The translations under genes were made by a program, and so were the position numbers. The notes beneath the pieces are model-generated. The model had not been told where the DNA came from. It saw only the letters and a program-made list of their open reading frames with translations, and searched no databases. Shown one piece after another: positions 24,253 through 35,592 of a stretch of DNA of 64,000 nt (positions are counted from its first letter, which is position 1; the number at the start of each line of letters is the position of its first letter). This DNA comes from Cellulomonas sp. GTDB lineage: Bacteria; Actinomycetota; Actinomycetes; Actinomycetales; Cellulomonadaceae. The stretch lies in the NCBI RefSeq assembly GCF_036279715.1, contig NZ_DASUIR010000029.1, forward strand, positions 6,781 to 70,780, written 5' to 3'.

Positions 24253-26352
24253 TCAGTCGTGCTGGTTGTTCGCTCCGGGTGTGGTCTTCTGCACCTGGAG
24301 CAGGAACTCCGCGTTGGACTTGGTCTTGCGGAGCTTGTCGAGCAGCAGCTCGATGGCCTGCTGCTGGTCGAGGGCACCCATGACGCGACGCAGGGTCCAG
24401 ACGATCTTCAGCTCGTCGGGCGCCATGAGGATCTCCTCGCGGCGCGTGCCCGACGCGTTGACGTCGACCGCCGGGAAGATCCGCTTGTCCGCGAGCGAGC
24501 GGGAGAGCCGCAGCTCCATGTTCCCGGTGCCCTTGAACTCCTCGAAGATGACCTCGTCCATCTTGGACCCGGTCTCGACGAGCGCCGAGGCGAGGATCGT
24601 GAGCGACCCGCCGTGCTCGATGTTGCGCGCCGCCCCGAAGAACCGCTTCGGCGGGTAGAGCGCCGACGCGTCGACACCACCGGAGAGGATGCGCCCCGAG
24701 GCGGGGGCAGCGAGGTTGTAGGCCCGCGACAGCCGCGTGAGCGAGTCGAGGAGCACGACGACGTCCTGACCGAGCTCGACGAGTCGCTTGGCCCGCTCGA
24801 TCGCCAGCTCCGCGACGATCGTGTGGTCGGAGGCGGGGCGGTCGAACGTCGAGGCGATGACCTCGCCCTTGACCGTCCGCTCCATGTCCGTGACCTCCTC
24901 GGGGCGCTCGTCGACGAGCACGACCATGAGGTGGACCTCGGGGTTGTTCGCGGTGATCGCGTTGGCGATCTGCTGCATGATGATCGTCTTGCCGGCCTTC
25001 GGCGGCGACACGATCAGACCACGCTGGCCCTTGCCGATCGGGGCGACGATGTCGATCACGCGAGGCGAGATCTTGTTCGGCTCGTTCTCGAGCCGCAGAC
25101 GCTCCTGCGGGTAGAGCGGAGTCAGCTTGGCGAACTCGGGGCGGTCCCGCGCCTCGTCCGGGTGCAGGCCGTTGACCGAGTCGAGGCGCACGAGCGCGTT
25201 GAACTTGGCCCGCGCGGCGTTGCTCTGGGGCAGCTGCTCCCCCTCGCGCTGCTGACGCACCGCTCCCGTGATCGCGTCCCCGCGTCGCAGGCCAGCCTTC
25301 TTGACCTGGCCGAGCGAGACGTACACGTCGCTCGGTCCCGGCAGGTAGCCGCTGGTGCGGACGAAGCCGTAGTTGTCGTGGATGTCGAGGATCCCGGCGA
25401 CGGGCAGCAGGACGTCGTCCTCGCTGACCTCGACCTCCTCGTAACCCGCCAGGTCGCCGCTCGGGCCACGCGTGACGACGCGGCCGCGCTTGGGACGCTC
25501 ACGGTCGCGGTACCGGTCGCGGGACCGACGACGGCGACCCCCGCGCTCGTCGGTGTCGTCGAACTGGGCCTGGCCCTGCCCGCCACCCTGACCCTGGCTC
25601 GAACCCTGGTTGGCGCCCTGGACCTGTGCGGTGTCGCGCGCCTGGCGCTGGCCGCCGTCCTGACGCGCGCCGCCGTCCTGACGCTGCTGGCGCTGGGAGC
25701 CGTCCGCGCGCTCGCCGCCGTCCTGACGTGCAACGCCGTCGACCTGGGGCGGGAGTCCGATGTCCGCAGCTGCGTCGCCACGCGGCGCTCCCGCACCCCG
25801 GCCCGAACGGCGCGAGCCACGGCGCTCGGCGGCGACGGTACCGATCGCGTCGAGGGCGCGCGCGGCTCGGTCGTCTCGGGTCTCCCCCGGCGCGAGCCGC
25901 ACGTCGGGCGCACGCTCGGCCTGCACGCGCTCGGGCCCGACGCGCTCGGTCTCGACGCGCTCCGACGGCACGCGCTCGGCCTGCACGCGCTCTGTCTGGG
26001 CACGCTCTGTCTGGGCACGCTCTGACCGAGCGGCACGCTCGGACTGCACGCGCTCCGACGGCGCGAGCTCGGCCTGCACGCGCTGGGCCCGCACGGCGGG
26101 CTCGGTGCGCGACGCGGCGGGCGCGTCGGCCTGCTCCGCGGTGCTGCGCGGCGCGGTGGTCTCCGCGCGTCCGCCGGCCCGCTTGGTCTTGATGGCGTCC
26201 ACGAGATCGCTCTTGCGCATCTTGGACGTCCCCGCGACGCCGAGCTGGGCGGCGAGCACCTGCAGCTCAGGCAGGCGCAGCGTGGAGATCGCTGCCCCGC
26301 GGGTGGATCCACCGGTGTTGGCGTTCCCGGTGGACTCGATGGTGTCTGTCAC
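24253..26352 (-). CDS. rho: transcription termination factor Rho with long N-terminal insertion
   Basis: LRLPELQ N-terminal domain, YGFVRT RNP motif, PPKAGKT Walker [10 protein letters not shown]. Confidence 0.99.
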   Translation of the reverse strand: MTDTIESTGNANTGGSTRGAAISTLRLPELQVLAAQLGVAGTSKMRKSDLVDAIKTKRAGGRAETTAPRSTAEQADAPAASRTEPAVRAQRVQAELAPSERVQSERAARSERAQTERAQTERVQAERVPSERVETERVGPERVQAERAPDVRLAPGETRDDRAARALDAIGTVAAERRGSRRSGRGAGAPRGDAAADIGLPPQVDGVARQDGGERADGSQRQQRQDGGARQDGGQRQARDTAQVQGANQGSSQGQGGGQGQAQFDDTDERGGRRRRSRDRYRDRERPKRGRVVTRGPSGDLAGYEEVEVSEDDVLLPVAGILDIHDNYGFVRTSGYLPGPSDVYVSLGQVKKAGLRRGDAITGAVRQQREGEQLPQSNAARAKFNALVRLDSVNGLHPDEARDRPEFAKLTPLYPQERLRLENEPNKISPRVIDIVAPIGKGQRGLIVSPPKAGKTIIMQQIANAITANNPEVHLMVVLVDERPEEVTDMERTVKGEVIASTFDRPASDHTIVAELAIERAKRLVELGQDVVVLLDSLTRLSRAYNLAAPASGRILSGGVDASALYPPKRFFGAARNIEHGGSLTILASALVETGSKMDEVIFEEFKGTGNMELRLSRSLADKRIFPAVDVNASGTRREEILMAPDELKIVWTLRRVMGALDQQQAIELLLDKLRKTKSNAEFLLQVQKTTPGANNQHD
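25903..26085 (-). repeat. 15-bp tandem coding repeat (about 12 x ERxxx pentapeptide) in rho
   Basis: Residues 90-150: [20 protein letters not shown](S) [40 protein letters not shown]. Confidence 0.9.
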
Positions 26353-26661
26353 GAAGGACCCTTCCCCCTCGTCATCGGCCGACGTCCGGAATCGGATCGT
26401 GGCCTACGCCCGGGCATGGATGCCGGGACGATGCTGGCGCCTCACGTGCTGCGTACGACGACGTCTGCGCACGTGGGCTGGATCGCTCCCGCTCGTCGTA
26501 GCTCTCGCGGCATCCGTCGCCAGATGGACTGCACGATCATCTGGAGCACGGCACGCCGGAACGGAGCACGAAGTCCGGGGAACGACTCATCCTAGCACCG
26601 CGGCACCGACCGTTGTCCCGGGATCCGGGTCGTCGCCCGGCGCTCACCCGATGGGCTGACC

Positions 26662-27615
26662 TCAGCCGACCTGCCACGCACGCGCCCCGTCCTGGTCGAT
26701 GCCCGGCCGCAGGACCTGCCAGCCGCCCATCTGACCTCCGAACGCTGCCGCGATCGCCTCGTCGGCGTCGGTGCGGCCGTCATCGGTCCGGCGGGCGAGC
26801 GCAAGGACGGTCGGTCCGGCACCCGAGACCACGGCCGCGACGCCACGCGCGCGCAACGCGTCGACGAGGGCCAGGGAGTCGGGCATGACGGCCCTGCGGT
26901 AGCCCTGGTGCAGGCGATCCACCGTCGCGGGGAGCAGGAGGTCCGGTCGCCTGCCGAGCGCCTCGACCAGCAGCGCAGCGCGTCCGGCCTGTGCCGCGGC
27001 GTCGGCGTGCGGGACGGTCGCCGGGAGCACGCCCCGGGCGGTCTTCGTCGCGAGCCGGAACGCGGGGACGAGGACGATCGGCTCGATGTCGGCGTGCACC
27101 TCGAGCCGGACCGCGTGCGGGCGGACGGTCCCCGGCGCCGCGCCGTCGGGCTCGAGCCACGCGATCGTGGCACCACCCAGGATCGCGGGCGCGGCATTGT
27201 CGGGGTGCCCCTCGAGGGCGCAGGCGATCGCGAGGGCGGTGTCGTCGTCGAGCGCCTCGGGCTCGGCGAGCAGGGCCCGCGCGAGCAGCACGCCGCCGAC
27301 GGCCGCCGCGGCGGACGATCCGAGCCCCCGACCGTGCGGGATGCGGTTGACGCACGTCAGGTGCAGGCCCGTCTGCGGAGCCCCGACGTGGTCGAGGGCG
27401 AGCCGCAGCGCGCGCACGACGAGGTGGTCCTCACCGAGCGGGACCTCCCCCGCACCCTCGCCCGTGACCTCGACCACGACGTCGGGTGATCCGAGCGCGC
27501 GCACGTCGAGGTCGTCGTGCAGCGCGAGCGCGAGGCCGAGCGCGTCGAACCCGGGGCCGAGGTTCGCGCTCGTCGCCGGCACGCGGACCCGAGCGTGGTC
27601 ATGCCCCAGCCGCAT
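26662..27615 (-). CDS. thrB: homoserine kinase
   Basis: PATSANLGPGFD, PHGRGLGSSAAA, EGHPDN, SGAGPT. Confidence 0.97.
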   Translation of the reverse strand: MRLGHDHARVRVPATSANLGPGFDALGLALALHDDLDVRALGSPDVVVEVTGEGAGEVPLGEDHLVVRALRLALDHVGAPQTGLHLTCVNRIPHGRGLGSSAAAAVGGVLLARALLAEPEALDDDTALAIACALEGHPDNAAPAILGGATIAWLEPDGAAPGTVRPHAVRLEVHADIEPIVLVPAFRLATKTARGVLPATVPHADAAAQAGRAALLVEALGRRPDLLLPATVDRLHQGYRRAVMPDSLALVDALRARGVAAVVSGAGPTVLALARRTDDGRTDADEAIAAAFGGQMGGWQVLRPGIDQDGARAWQVG

Positions 27616-27627
27616 GTCCCGCCCCGC

Positions 27628-28719
27628 TCAGCTGAGCTCGAGCGCGTCGGCGATCGCGACGACGTCGGCGGACACGCGCATCGGCGTGACCTCCGAGCCG
27701 TCCGCCGTGCGCAGGGCCCACTGCGGGTCCTTGAGCCCGTGACCCGTGACGGTCACGACGATGCGTGCGCCCGCCGGGACGCGGCCCTGCGCGGCCAGCG
27801 CGAGGATGCCCGCGACGCCCGCGGCCGACGCGGGCTCGACGAACACCCCGACCCGGCTCGACAGGATCCGGTGGGCCGCAAGGATCTGCTCGTCCGTGAC
27901 GGCCTCGATGAGCCCGCCCGAGGTGTCGCGCGCGTCGATCGCCTGCTGCCACGACGCGGGGTTCCCGATCCGGATCGCGGTCGCGATGGTCTCGGGCTCC
28001 GTGACGGGGTGGCCCAGCACGATGGGTGCGGCCCCGGCCGCCTGGAAGCCCCACATCGCGGGGGTCCGGGTCGCGACCGCCGGAAGCGAGCTGCCCGCGT
28101 CGAGCCCCGCGTACTCGCGGTAGCCCTTCCAGTACGCCGTGATGTTGCCCGCGTTGCCGACGGGCAGCGCGTGGATGTCGGGAGCGTCACCGAGCGCGTC
28201 GACGACCTCGAACGCGCCCGTCTTCTGGCCCTCGATCCGGTCGGGGTTGACCGAGTTCACGAGCTCGACGGGATACGCCTCAGCGAGCTTGCGGGCCGCG
28301 ACCAGGCAGTCGTCGAAGTTGCCGTCGACCTGCAGCAGCCGGGCGCCGTGCGCGATCGCCTGGCTCAGCTTGCCCATCGCGATCTTGCCGTCGGGGACCA
28401 GCACCGCGCAGAGCATCCCGGCGGCCGTCGCGTACGCCGCGGCCGACGCGGAGGTGTTGCCCGTCGACGCGCACACCACGACCTTCGCCCCACGCCCCGC
28501 AGCCGAGGAGATCGCGGTCGTCATCCCGCGGTCCTTGAACGAGCCCGTGGGGTTCATCCCCTCGACCTTGAGGTACACGTCCGCCCCCGTGAGCAGGGAG
28601 AGCGCGGGCGCGGGGACGAGCGGCGTGCCGCCTTCCCCGAGCGTGATCACGCGGCGCTGCACGTGCTCCGGGAGTCGGTCCGCGTACTCGGCGATGACTC
28701 CGCGCCACTGGTGTGCCAT
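27628..28719 (-). CDS. thrC: threonine synthase
   Basis: [18 protein letters not shown] (PLP Lys), ASTGNT, PVGNAGN, TGHGLKD. Confidence 0.98.
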   Translation of the reverse strand: MAHQWRGVIAEYADRLPEHVQRRVITLGEGGTPLVPAPALSLLTGADVYLKVEGMNPTGSFKDRGMTTAISSAAGRGAKVVVCASTGNTSASAAAYATAAGMLCAVLVPDGKIAMGKLSQAIAHGARLLQVDGNFDDCLVAARKLAEAYPVELVNSVNPDRIEGQKTGAFEVVDALGDAPDIHALPVGNAGNITAYWKGYREYAGLDAGSSLPAVATRTPAMWGFQAAGAAPIVLGHPVTEPETIATAIRIGNPASWQQAIDARDTSGGLIEAVTDEQILAAHRILSSRVGVFVEPASAAGVAGILALAAQGRVPAGARIVVTVTGHGLKDPQWALRTADGSEVTPMRVSADVVAIADALELS

Positions 28720-30062
28720 CAGGCTCCCTCGACTCGCAGGACAGAGATGACACGGCGCACGGAGTCGAGCTCGGCGATCGCGGCAACCGTGCCCGCGAGC
28801 GCCTCCTCGGAGGCCTCGTGCGTCGTGATGATGAGGAGTGCGACACCGTCGCGACCCAGCGCTCCGGGCAGCTCGGGCACCTGGCGGATGGCCTCGATCG
28901 AGACGCCACGGTCACCGAGGGTCGTCGCCACCTGCGCGAGCACCCCGGGACGGTCGGTCACGTCGAGCCGGATCTGGTAGCGCGTCCGGGCCGCCGACGC
29001 GGGCAGCACGGGCAGCGCGGCGTACGACGACTCGACCGGCCCCCTGCCCCCGAGCACACGGTGCCGCGCGACCGACACGACGTCGCCGAGCACCGCCGAG
29101 GCCGTCGGTGCGCCGCCGGCCCCACGCCCGTAGAACATGAGCTCACCGGCCGCCTCGGCCTCGACGAACACGGCGTTGAACGCACCGCGGACGCCCGCGA
29201 GGGGGTGCGCGACGGGCACGAGCGCGGGGTGCACGCGCACCTGGATGCCGTCCCCCTGGCGCTCGGCGATCGCGAGCAGCTTGATGACGTAGCCGGTGCG
29301 CTCGGCCCAGGCCACGTCGTCCGCCGTGACAGAGCTGATGCCCTCCCGGTCCACGTCGTCGATCGACACCCGGGTGTGGAACGCGAGCGACGCGAGGATC
29401 GCGGCCTTCGCGGCGGCGTCGTACCCCTCGACGTCGGCGGTCGGGTCGGCCTCGGCGTAGCCGAGCGACTGGGCCTCGGCGACAGCGGCGTCGAGGTCGA
29501 GCCCCTCGGTCGCCATGCGGTCGAGCACGTAGTTGGTCGTGCCGTTGAGGATGCCCAGGACCCGCAGCACGCGGTCGCCGACGAGCGACTCGCGCACCGG
29601 CCGGACGATCGGGATCGCACCGGCGACGGCGGCCTCGAAGTACAGGTCCACCTGCGCGGCGTCCGCGGCGGCGTACAGCGTCGGACCGTCCTGCGCGAGG
29701 AGCGCCTTGTTGGCGGTGACGACCGCGGCACCGTGCGCGATCGCACTGAGCAGCAGGCTGCGCGCCGGCTCGATGCCGCCCATGACCTCGACGACGACAT
29801 CGGCCCGCGTCACGAGCTCTGCCGCGTCCGTCGTCAGCAGCGCGCGGTCGACGACCGGGTCGCGGTCGGCCGCGAGGTCGCGCACGGCGACACCCACGAG
29901 CTCGAGCGGAGCGCCGACACGGGCTGCGAGGTCGGCCGACTGCGTCACGAGGAGGCGCACGACCTCGGTGCCCACGACCCCGGAGCCGAGGACGGCCACC
30001 CGCAGCGGTGCGGGCCGCGGCTGGGAGCGTCCGGCAGCCGCCTGCCCATCAGGAGCTGTCAC
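28719..30062 (-). CDS. hom: homoserine dehydrogenase with C-terminal ACT domain
   Basis: [48 protein letters not shown]. Confidence 0.97.
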   Translation of the reverse strand: MTAPDGQAAAGRSQPRPAPLRVAVLGSGVVGTEVVRLLVTQSADLAARVGAPLELVGVAVRDLAADRDPVVDRALLTTDAAELVTRADVVVEVMGGIEPARSLLLSAIAHGAAVVTANKALLAQDGPTLYAAADAAQVDLYFEAAVAGAIPIVRPVRESLVGDRVLRVLGILNGTTNYVLDRMATEGLDLDAAVAEAQSLGYAEADPTADVEGYDAAAKAAILASLAFHTRVSIDDVDREGISSVTADDVAWAERTGYVIKLLAIAERQGDGIQVRVHPALVPVAHPLAGVRGAFNAVFVEAEAAGELMFYGRGAGGAPTASAVLGDVVSVARHRVLGGRGPVESSYAALPVLPASAARTRYQIRLDVTDRPGVLAQVATTLGDRGVSIEAIRQVPELPGALGRDGVALLIITTHEASEEALAGTVAAIAELDSVRRVISVLRVEGA

Positions 30063-30172
30063 TGCGTCCGCCTCCGCCTCCGGGCCGCGCCCGGTCGGTC
30101 GTCATGGTCAAGGAGTCCGGCCCACGGCGCGCCTCGCGGCGTTCGCCGGACCGCCTCAAAGGATAGAGGGCA

Positions 30173-31528
30173 TCAGCCCTGGTCGAGGGCCAGGAGGTCG
30201 TCCTCGGTCTCGCGGCGGACGAGCACCCGGGTCACGCCGTCGGTCACCGCCACGACAGGCGGGCGCGGGACCTGGTTGTAGTTGGACGCCATCGAGCGCC
30301 CGTACGCCCCTGTCGCGGGCACCGCCAGCAGGTCGCCGGGCGCCACGTCGGCGGGCAGCTGGACCTCGTGCACGACGATGTCGCCGCTCTCGCAGTGCTT
30401 GCCCACGACGCGGCACAGCACGAGGGGCGCCGTGCTCGTGCGCGACGCGAGCTCGGCGTGGTACTGCGCGCCGTACAGCGCCGGGCGCACGTTGTCGCTC
30501 ATCCCGCCGTCGACCGACACGTACGTGCGCACGCGCCCGTCGTCGAGCGTCACGGGCTTGACCGTCCCGACCGTGTAGAGCGTGCAGGTCGTGGGTCCGA
30601 CGATGGCCCGACCGGGCTCGACGGAGACGCGCGGGAGCGCGGTGCCGAGCTCGGCGCACGCTGCGTCGACCGCCGCGGCCATGTCCTTCGCGATCCGGAC
30701 CGGGTCGAGCGGCACGTCGCCCGGCAGGTAGGCGATGCCGTACCCGCCGCCCAGGTCGACCTCGGGCACGAGGTAGCCCGTCTCGGCGGCCAGCTCGGCA
30801 CGCAGCCGCAGGACCTTGCGCGCGGCGACCTCGAAGCCCGACGGGTCGAGGATCTGCGAGCCGATGTGCGAGTGGAGGCCGAGCAGGCGCAGCTCGGGGC
30901 GGGCGAGCACCGCGCGCAGCGCCGCGACCGCGGGGCTCGCGGCGCCGTCCGGACCGGGGACGAGCGACAGCCCGAACTTCTGGTCCTCGTGCGCGGTCGA
31001 GATGTACTCGTGCCCGCCGGCGTGCACGCCCGTCGTGACCCGGACCATGACCGGCGCGGGATCGCCCCGGCGTGCGCGGACGGCGTCAGCGATGCGCTCG
31101 ACCTCGCCGAGGGAGTCGACGATGAGCCGGCCGACGCCGGCCTCGAGCGCGCGGCTGATCTCCGCGTCGGACTTGTTGTTGCCGTGCAGACCGATGTCCG
31201 CCCCCGGAACACCCGCGCGCAGGGCGACCGCGAGCTCGCCGCCGGTGGCCGTGTCGACGCGCAGGCCCTCCTCGTGGGCCCAGCGCGCGACCGCGACGGA
31301 CAGGAACGCCTTGCCCGCGTAGTACACGTCGACGTCCGTCCCGATCGCCGCGAACGCCGCGGTGAACGCGGCGCGGTAGGCGCGGGCGCGGGCGCGGAAG
31401 TCGGCCTCGTCGAGCACGTACACCGGTGTCCCATGCTGCGCCGCGAGCGTGCGCAGGTCGACGCCCGCGACCGCGAGCGCGCCGTCGAGGACGCGCGTCG
31501 TGCCGCTCGACCAGGGCGCGCCCGTCAC
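30173..31528 (-). CDS. lysA: diaminopimelate decarboxylase
   Basis: [44 protein letters not shown] overlaps the argS stop. Confidence 0.97.
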   Translation of the reverse strand: MTGAPWSSGTTRVLDGALAVAGVDLRTLAAQHGTPVYVLDEADFRARARAYRAAFTAAFAAIGTDVDVYYAGKAFLSVAVARWAHEEGLRVDTATGGELAVALRAGVPGADIGLHGNNKSDAEISRALEAGVGRLIVDSLGEVERIADAVRARRGDPAPVMVRVTTGVHAGGHEYISTAHEDQKFGLSLVPGPDGAASPAVAALRAVLARPELRLLGLHSHIGSQILDPSGFEVAARKVLRLRAELAAETGYLVPEVDLGGGYGIAYLPGDVPLDPVRIAKDMAAAVDAACAELGTALPRVSVEPGRAIVGPTTCTLYTVGTVKPVTLDDGRVRTYVSVDGGMSDNVRPALYGAQYHAELASRTSTAPLVLCRVVGKHCESGDIVVHEVQLPADVAPGDLLAVPATGAYGRSMASNYNQVPRPPVVAVTDGVTRVLVRRETEDDLLALDQG

Positions 31529-33204
31529 ATCCGCTCCGGCGCGCTCACGCCGAGCAGCTCGAGTCCGTTCGCGAGGACCTGACGGGTCGCGTCGTTGAGC
31601 CACAGCCGCGTGCGGTGGGTGTCCGAGACGACCTCGTCGCCGAACGGCGCGACCCGCCGCTGGTCGTACCACTTGTGGTACGAGCCCGCGAGCTCCTCGA
31701 GGTAGCGCGCGACGCGGTGCGGCTCGCGCAGCTCGGCGGCGTGCGCGACGAGGCCGGGGAAGCCTGCGATCTGGCCGAGCAGCACCGACTCCGAGGGGTG
31801 GTCCAGCAGGGTCGCGTCGAACCCGTCCGCGCGGTCGACGCCCGCCTCGGCTGCGTTGCGCCCCACGTTGACCGTCCGGGCGTGCGCGTACTGCACGTAG
31901 AAGACCGGATTGTCGTTCGTCGCGGTCACGAGCAGGTCGAGGTCGATGTCGAGGGTCGAGCTCGCGGCGGACCGTGCGAGCGCGTACCGGGCGGCGTCGA
32001 TCCCGACCGCGTCGACGAGGTCGTCGATCGTGACGATGTTGCCCGCACGCTTCGACATCCGGACGGGCTCACCGTCCTTGACGAGGTTCACCATCTGGCC
32101 GATGAGGATCTCCAGGTTGACCCAGGGGGTGTCCCCGAAGGCCGCGCACATGGCCATCATGCGGCCGATGTACCCGTGGTGGTCCGCGCCGAGCATGATG
32201 ATCACGCGGTCGAAGCCGCGCTCGCGCTTGTCGAGGTAGTAGGCCAGGTCCCCCGCGATGTAGGCGGCGTTGCCGTCCGACTTGATGATGACGCGGTCCT
32301 TGTCGTCCCCGAACTCGGTCGTCCGCAGCCACGTGGCGCCGTCGGCCTCGTAGATGTGGCCGAGCTCGCGCAGCCGTGCCACCGCCCGCTCGACCGCGCC
32401 CGACTCGTGCAGCGAGTCCTCGTGGAAGTAGACGTCGAAGTCGACCCGGAAGTCGTGCAGCTTGGCCTTGATCTCGCCGAACATCTGGTCGACGCCGCGG
32501 GACCGGAACACCTCCTGCGCCTCGGCCTCGGGCAGGGTGCGCGGGTCCGGCTGCCCGTCGGCGATCGCGGTCGCGATGACGGAGTCGGCGATGTCGGAGA
32601 TGTACTGGCCGCCGTAGCCGTCGAGAGGAGCCTCGGCGCCCATCGCGCGGGCGAGCAGCGACCGGGCGAAGCGGTCGATCTGCTCGCCGTGGTCGTTGAA
32701 GTAGTACTCGCGCGTGACCTCCGCGCCCGCCGCCTGCAGCAGCCGCGCGAGCGAGTCGCCCACGGCTGCCCAGCGCACCCCACCGATGTGGATGGGTCCG
32801 GTCGGGTTCGCCGAGACGAACTCCAGGTTGATGCGCTCCCCCGCGAGCACCGTGCCGCGTCCGTAGGCCGGGCCGGCCTCGACCACGGTGCGGGCGAGCT
32901 CGCCGGCCGCGGCCGTGTCGAGCGTGATGTTCAGGAAGCCGGGACCGGCGACGTCGACCTGCGCGACGCCCGGGTGGTCGGCGAGGCGACGCGCGAGCTC
33001 CTCGGCGAACGCGCGGGGGTTCGTCCCGGCCTTCTTGCCGAGCTGCATCGCGACGTTCGTCGCCCAGTCGCCGTGCTCGCGCTGACGGGGTCGCTCGACG
33101 TGCACCTGCGCCGGCACCGCGGACGGGTCGAGCGCGAACGTGCCGTCGTCGACGGCGGCCATGAGGGCAGCACGGAGGGCCTCGGAGAGCTCAGCGGGGG
33201 TCAC
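31525..33204 (-). CDS. argS: arginyl-tRNA synthetase
   Basis: [38 protein letters not shown]. Confidence 0.99.
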   Translation of the reverse strand: MTPAELSEALRAALMAAVDDGTFALDPSAVPAQVHVERPRQREHGDWATNVAMQLGKKAGTNPRAFAEELARRLADHPGVAQVDVAGPGFLNITLDTAAAGELARTVVEAGPAYGRGTVLAGERINLEFVSANPTGPIHIGGVRWAAVGDSLARLLQAAGAEVTREYYFNDHGEQIDRFARSLLARAMGAEAPLDGYGGQYISDIADSVIATAIADGQPDPRTLPEAEAQEVFRSRGVDQMFGEIKAKLHDFRVDFDVYFHEDSLHESGAVERAVARLRELGHIYEADGATWLRTTEFGDDKDRVIIKSDGNAAYIAGDLAYYLDKRERGFDRVIIMLGADHHGYIGRMMAMCAAFGDTPWVNLEILIGQMVNLVKDGEPVRMSKRAGNIVTIDDLVDAVGIDAARYALARSAASSTLDIDLDLLVTATNDNPVFYVQYAHARTVNVGRNAAEAGVDRADGFDATLLDHPSESVLLGQIAGFPGLVAHAAELREPHRVARYLEELAGSYHKWYDQRRVAPFGDEVVSDTHRTRLWLNDATRQVLANGLELLGVSAPERM

Positions 33205-34480
33205 CGGACAAGGGTAGCGAGCCCTCGGCGGGCCCTCGTCCGCCCCAGGTGTCCTCGAGCATGACGGGCCGGCACGCCACCCAGCCCGCCGCGAGGAGGA
33301 CCGCCAGGGTCACGAAGAGCAGCCCGAACGGCAGCTCCCAGCGGCCTGTCGACCCGTAGAGGACCCCGACGAGGAGCGGGCCGACAGCCGCGATGGCGTA
33401 GCCGACCCCCTGCGTGAAGCCCGAGAGCGAGACTGCGCCGGCCGACGTGCGGGTCCGCAGGTTGATGAGCGTGAGCAGGAGCGGGAAGGTGCCGGGTCCG
33501 AGCCCGAGGAGCACCATCCAGAGCCCCACCGCGGCCCTCGGAGCCAGCAGCAGCCCGGCGTACCCCACGACCCAGACGCCGACGAAGGCGGTGGCGACCC
33601 AGAACGGGTTGCGCAGCCTCGTCGCGACAAGGGGCACACCGAACGACGCGGGCAGACCGAAGATCGCGACGACCGCGAGCCATCGGCCGCCGGCGGCCTC
33701 GCCGTAGCCCGCGTCGACGAGGATCTGCGGGATCCACGCGAACATCACGTACGAGTTGAGCGAGTTCATCCCGAACGTCAGGGCGAGGCCCCAGGCGAGC
33801 GGGCTGCGCCACACGCGCCCCTCACGGCGGTGCCGGGAGTCGAGGGCAGGGGTGTGCCGCGGCGCCCAGCGCAGGACGCCCGCGAGCGCCGACCGGGCCG
33901 TCGCCGACCGCACGACGACGACGAGCCAGGGAAGCGCCGCGACCAGCCCGACCGCGCCCCAGGAACCGAGCGCCACGCGCCAGCCGAGCCGGTTCGCGAG
34001 AGGGACGGCGAGCAGCGGCGGGATCGCCGTGCTGAACGACATCGCGACCGAGTAGACCGCCGTGACGGGACCGATCCGGTCGGGAAAGTACCGCTTGACG
34101 AGCGGTGGGAGCAGGACGTTCCCCATCCCCATGCCCGCGAGCGCGATGACGGACCAGCCGAGGAAGCCGGCCGAGGTCGTCGCGCTCGAGCGCGCGACCT
34201 CGCCAAGGACCGAGACGAGCGTGGCGACGACAAGGGTCGGCTCGAGCCCCAGGCGGCGCGACACCATCGGTGCGAGCGAGCCGAACAGCGCGAACGAGGC
34301 GACCGGGATGGTGCCGAGCACGCCGGCGAGGGTCGGGGACAGTGCGACGTCGACGCGCACGGCATCGAGGATCGGGCTCACGGCGGCGACGGCGATCCGC
34401 AGGTTGAGGGCCACGAGCACGATCCCGACGAGGACGACGACGCGGCCTCGCCACCAGGCGGTGCGCCCTGTGAGTAACAT
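33191..34480 (-). CDS. CynX/CP-family MFS transporter
   Basis: [38 protein letters not shown]. Start 34480 is supported by GAAGTT 7 nt upstream. Confidence 0.9.
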   Translation of the reverse strand: MLLTGRTAWWRGRVVVLVGIVLVALNLRIAVAAVSPILDAVRVDVALSPTLAGVLGTIPVASFALFGSLAPMVSRRLGLEPTLVVATLVSVLGEVARSSATTSAGFLGWSVIALAGMGMGNVLLPPLVKRYFPDRIGPVTAVYSVAMSFSTAIPPLLAVPLANRLGWRVALGSWGAVGLVAALPWLVVVVRSATARSALAGVLRWAPRHTPALDSRHRREGRVWRSPLAWGLALTFGMNSLNSYVMFAWIPQILVDAGYGEAAGGRWLAVVAIFGLPASFGVPLVATRLRNPFWVATAFVGVWVVGYAGLLLAPRAAVGLWMVLLGLGPGTFPLLLTLINLRTRTSAGAVSLSGFTQGVGYAIAAVGPLLVGVLYGSTGRWELPFGLLFVTLAVLLAAGWVACRPVMLEDTWGGRGPAEGSLPLSGDPR

Positions 34481-34509
34481 CCGGACCAACTTCACGCTCG
34501 GTCTGACAG
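34477..34509. promoter_or_regulatory. possible FadR-family operators between divergent MFS and regulator
   Basis: ACATCCGGACCA (34477-34488) and GGTCTGAC (34500-34507) resemble FadR/LldR-type half sites. Confidence 0.35.
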
Positions 34510-34566
34510 GGCGGCGTCGGGGCGAGTGGTGCTGCACCGGCACATGTGACAAGGAGAATACCTGGG

Positions 34567-35229
34567 ATGATTCGTCGCACCGGATTGATCGACGGCGCGG
34601 TCGACACGCTACGTGAGCGGATCACCGCGGGTGAATGGCCGGTCGGCACACGGATCCCGCCGGAGCCGGCCCTCGCGGCACTCCTCGGGGTCGGCCGCAA
34701 CACCGTGCGTGAGGCCGTGCAGTCCCTCGTGCACGCCGGGCTGCTCGCACGCCGTCAGGGGTCCGGCACGTACGTGCTCTCGACCTCCGAGCTCACCGTG
34801 ACCATCGGCCGGCAGATCGCGGACGCGCACCAGCGCGACGTCGTCGAGGTCCGCCGCAGCCTCGAGGTCGAGGCCGCCCGGCTCGCGGCGCACCGGCGCA
34901 CCGCGACCGACGTCGCACAGCTGCTCCAGATGCGGGACGCTCGGGCGCACGCGCACGCCCTCGGGGACCTCGACGCGATGGTCTCGACCGACCTCGAGCT
35001 GCACCTGGCGATCGCGCGCACGGCTCGCAACCCCGTGCTGCTCTCGCTGTACGAGAGCCTCCTCGACGCCATCAGCGCGAACATCCGGTTCAACTTCGAG
35101 CGACCGGTGTCCAACGAGTCGGACGACACGGGCCATGACGACCTCGTCGCCGCGATCGGCGCCGGCGACGTGCCCCGCGCCGTCGCCGAGGTCGAGACGT
35201 ACCTCTCGCGGCAGCTCGCGCGCGGCTGA
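34567..35229 (+). CDS. GntR/FadR-family regulator
   Basis: GEWPVGTRIPPE, LGVGRNTVREA, RRQGSGTYV wHTH; FCD domain (DLELHLAIA). Confidence 0.95.
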   Translation: MIRRTGLIDGAVDTLRERITAGEWPVGTRIPPEPALAALLGVGRNTVREAVQSLVHAGLLARRQGSGTYVLSTSELTVTIGRQIADAHQRDVVEVRRSLEVEAARLAAHRRTATDVAQLLQMRDARAHAHALGDLDAMVSTDLELHLAIARTARNPVLLSLYESLLDAISANIRFNFERPVSNESDDTGHDDLVAAIGAGDVPRAVAEVETYLSRQLARG

Positions 35230-35272
35230 CCGGGGCTCATCCCGGCTGATCCGAGCTGATCCGGGCTGATCC
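35223..35272 (+). repeat. 5 x 10-bp degenerate tandem repeat
   Basis: CGGCTGACCG GGGCTCATCC CGGCTGATCC GAGCTGATCC GGGCTGATCC. Confidence 0.8.
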
Positions 35273-35399
35273 CCGGCACGCGTCGGCGGCACGCGCCGAC
35301 GCGGGCTGATAGTCTCGTGCACCGCATCAGCTGCTGGTCGATCGGCCTTCTCCGCGGAGCTTCCGCGGAGCCGGGCCGCACGGTCAGCCGTTGTCGCCG

Positions 35400-35472
35400 G
35401 CCCGCGTAGCTCAGTGGATAGAGCGTCCGCCTCCGGAGCGGAAGGCCGAAGGTTCGAATCCTTTCGCGGGCA
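35400..35472 (+). tRNA. tRNA-Arg (anticodon CCG)
   Basis: Acceptor stem GCCCGCG/CGCGGGC, D arm GCTCAGTGGATAGAGC, anticodon arm TCCGC-CTCCGGA-GCGGA, T loop GGTTCGAATCC. CCA not encoded. Confidence 0.97.
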
Positions 35473-35592
35473 CCCCTCATCGCGTGTCACGACCTGCGTG
35501 TCACGACATCGTGCCGTCGCGGACCCTCGTGCGAGTCCGGATCACCGCGTGACGCAGCCGGCACCGCCCAGCGCGACTCCCCGGGAGGCTCC

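Noticed and set aside
30049-30105. Possible threonine leader peptide [18 protein letters not shown] upstream of hom-thrC-thrB
   Set aside because: Only two Thr codons, no RBS and no terminator/antiterminator pair; easily explained by chance.
35223-35272. CRISPR array
   Set aside because: The units are 10 bp with no spacers, and there are no cas genes.
35350-35370. Twin TCCGCGGA palindromes upstream of the tRNA
   Set aside because: Short GC-only palindromes are expected at this base composition, and no function can be supported.
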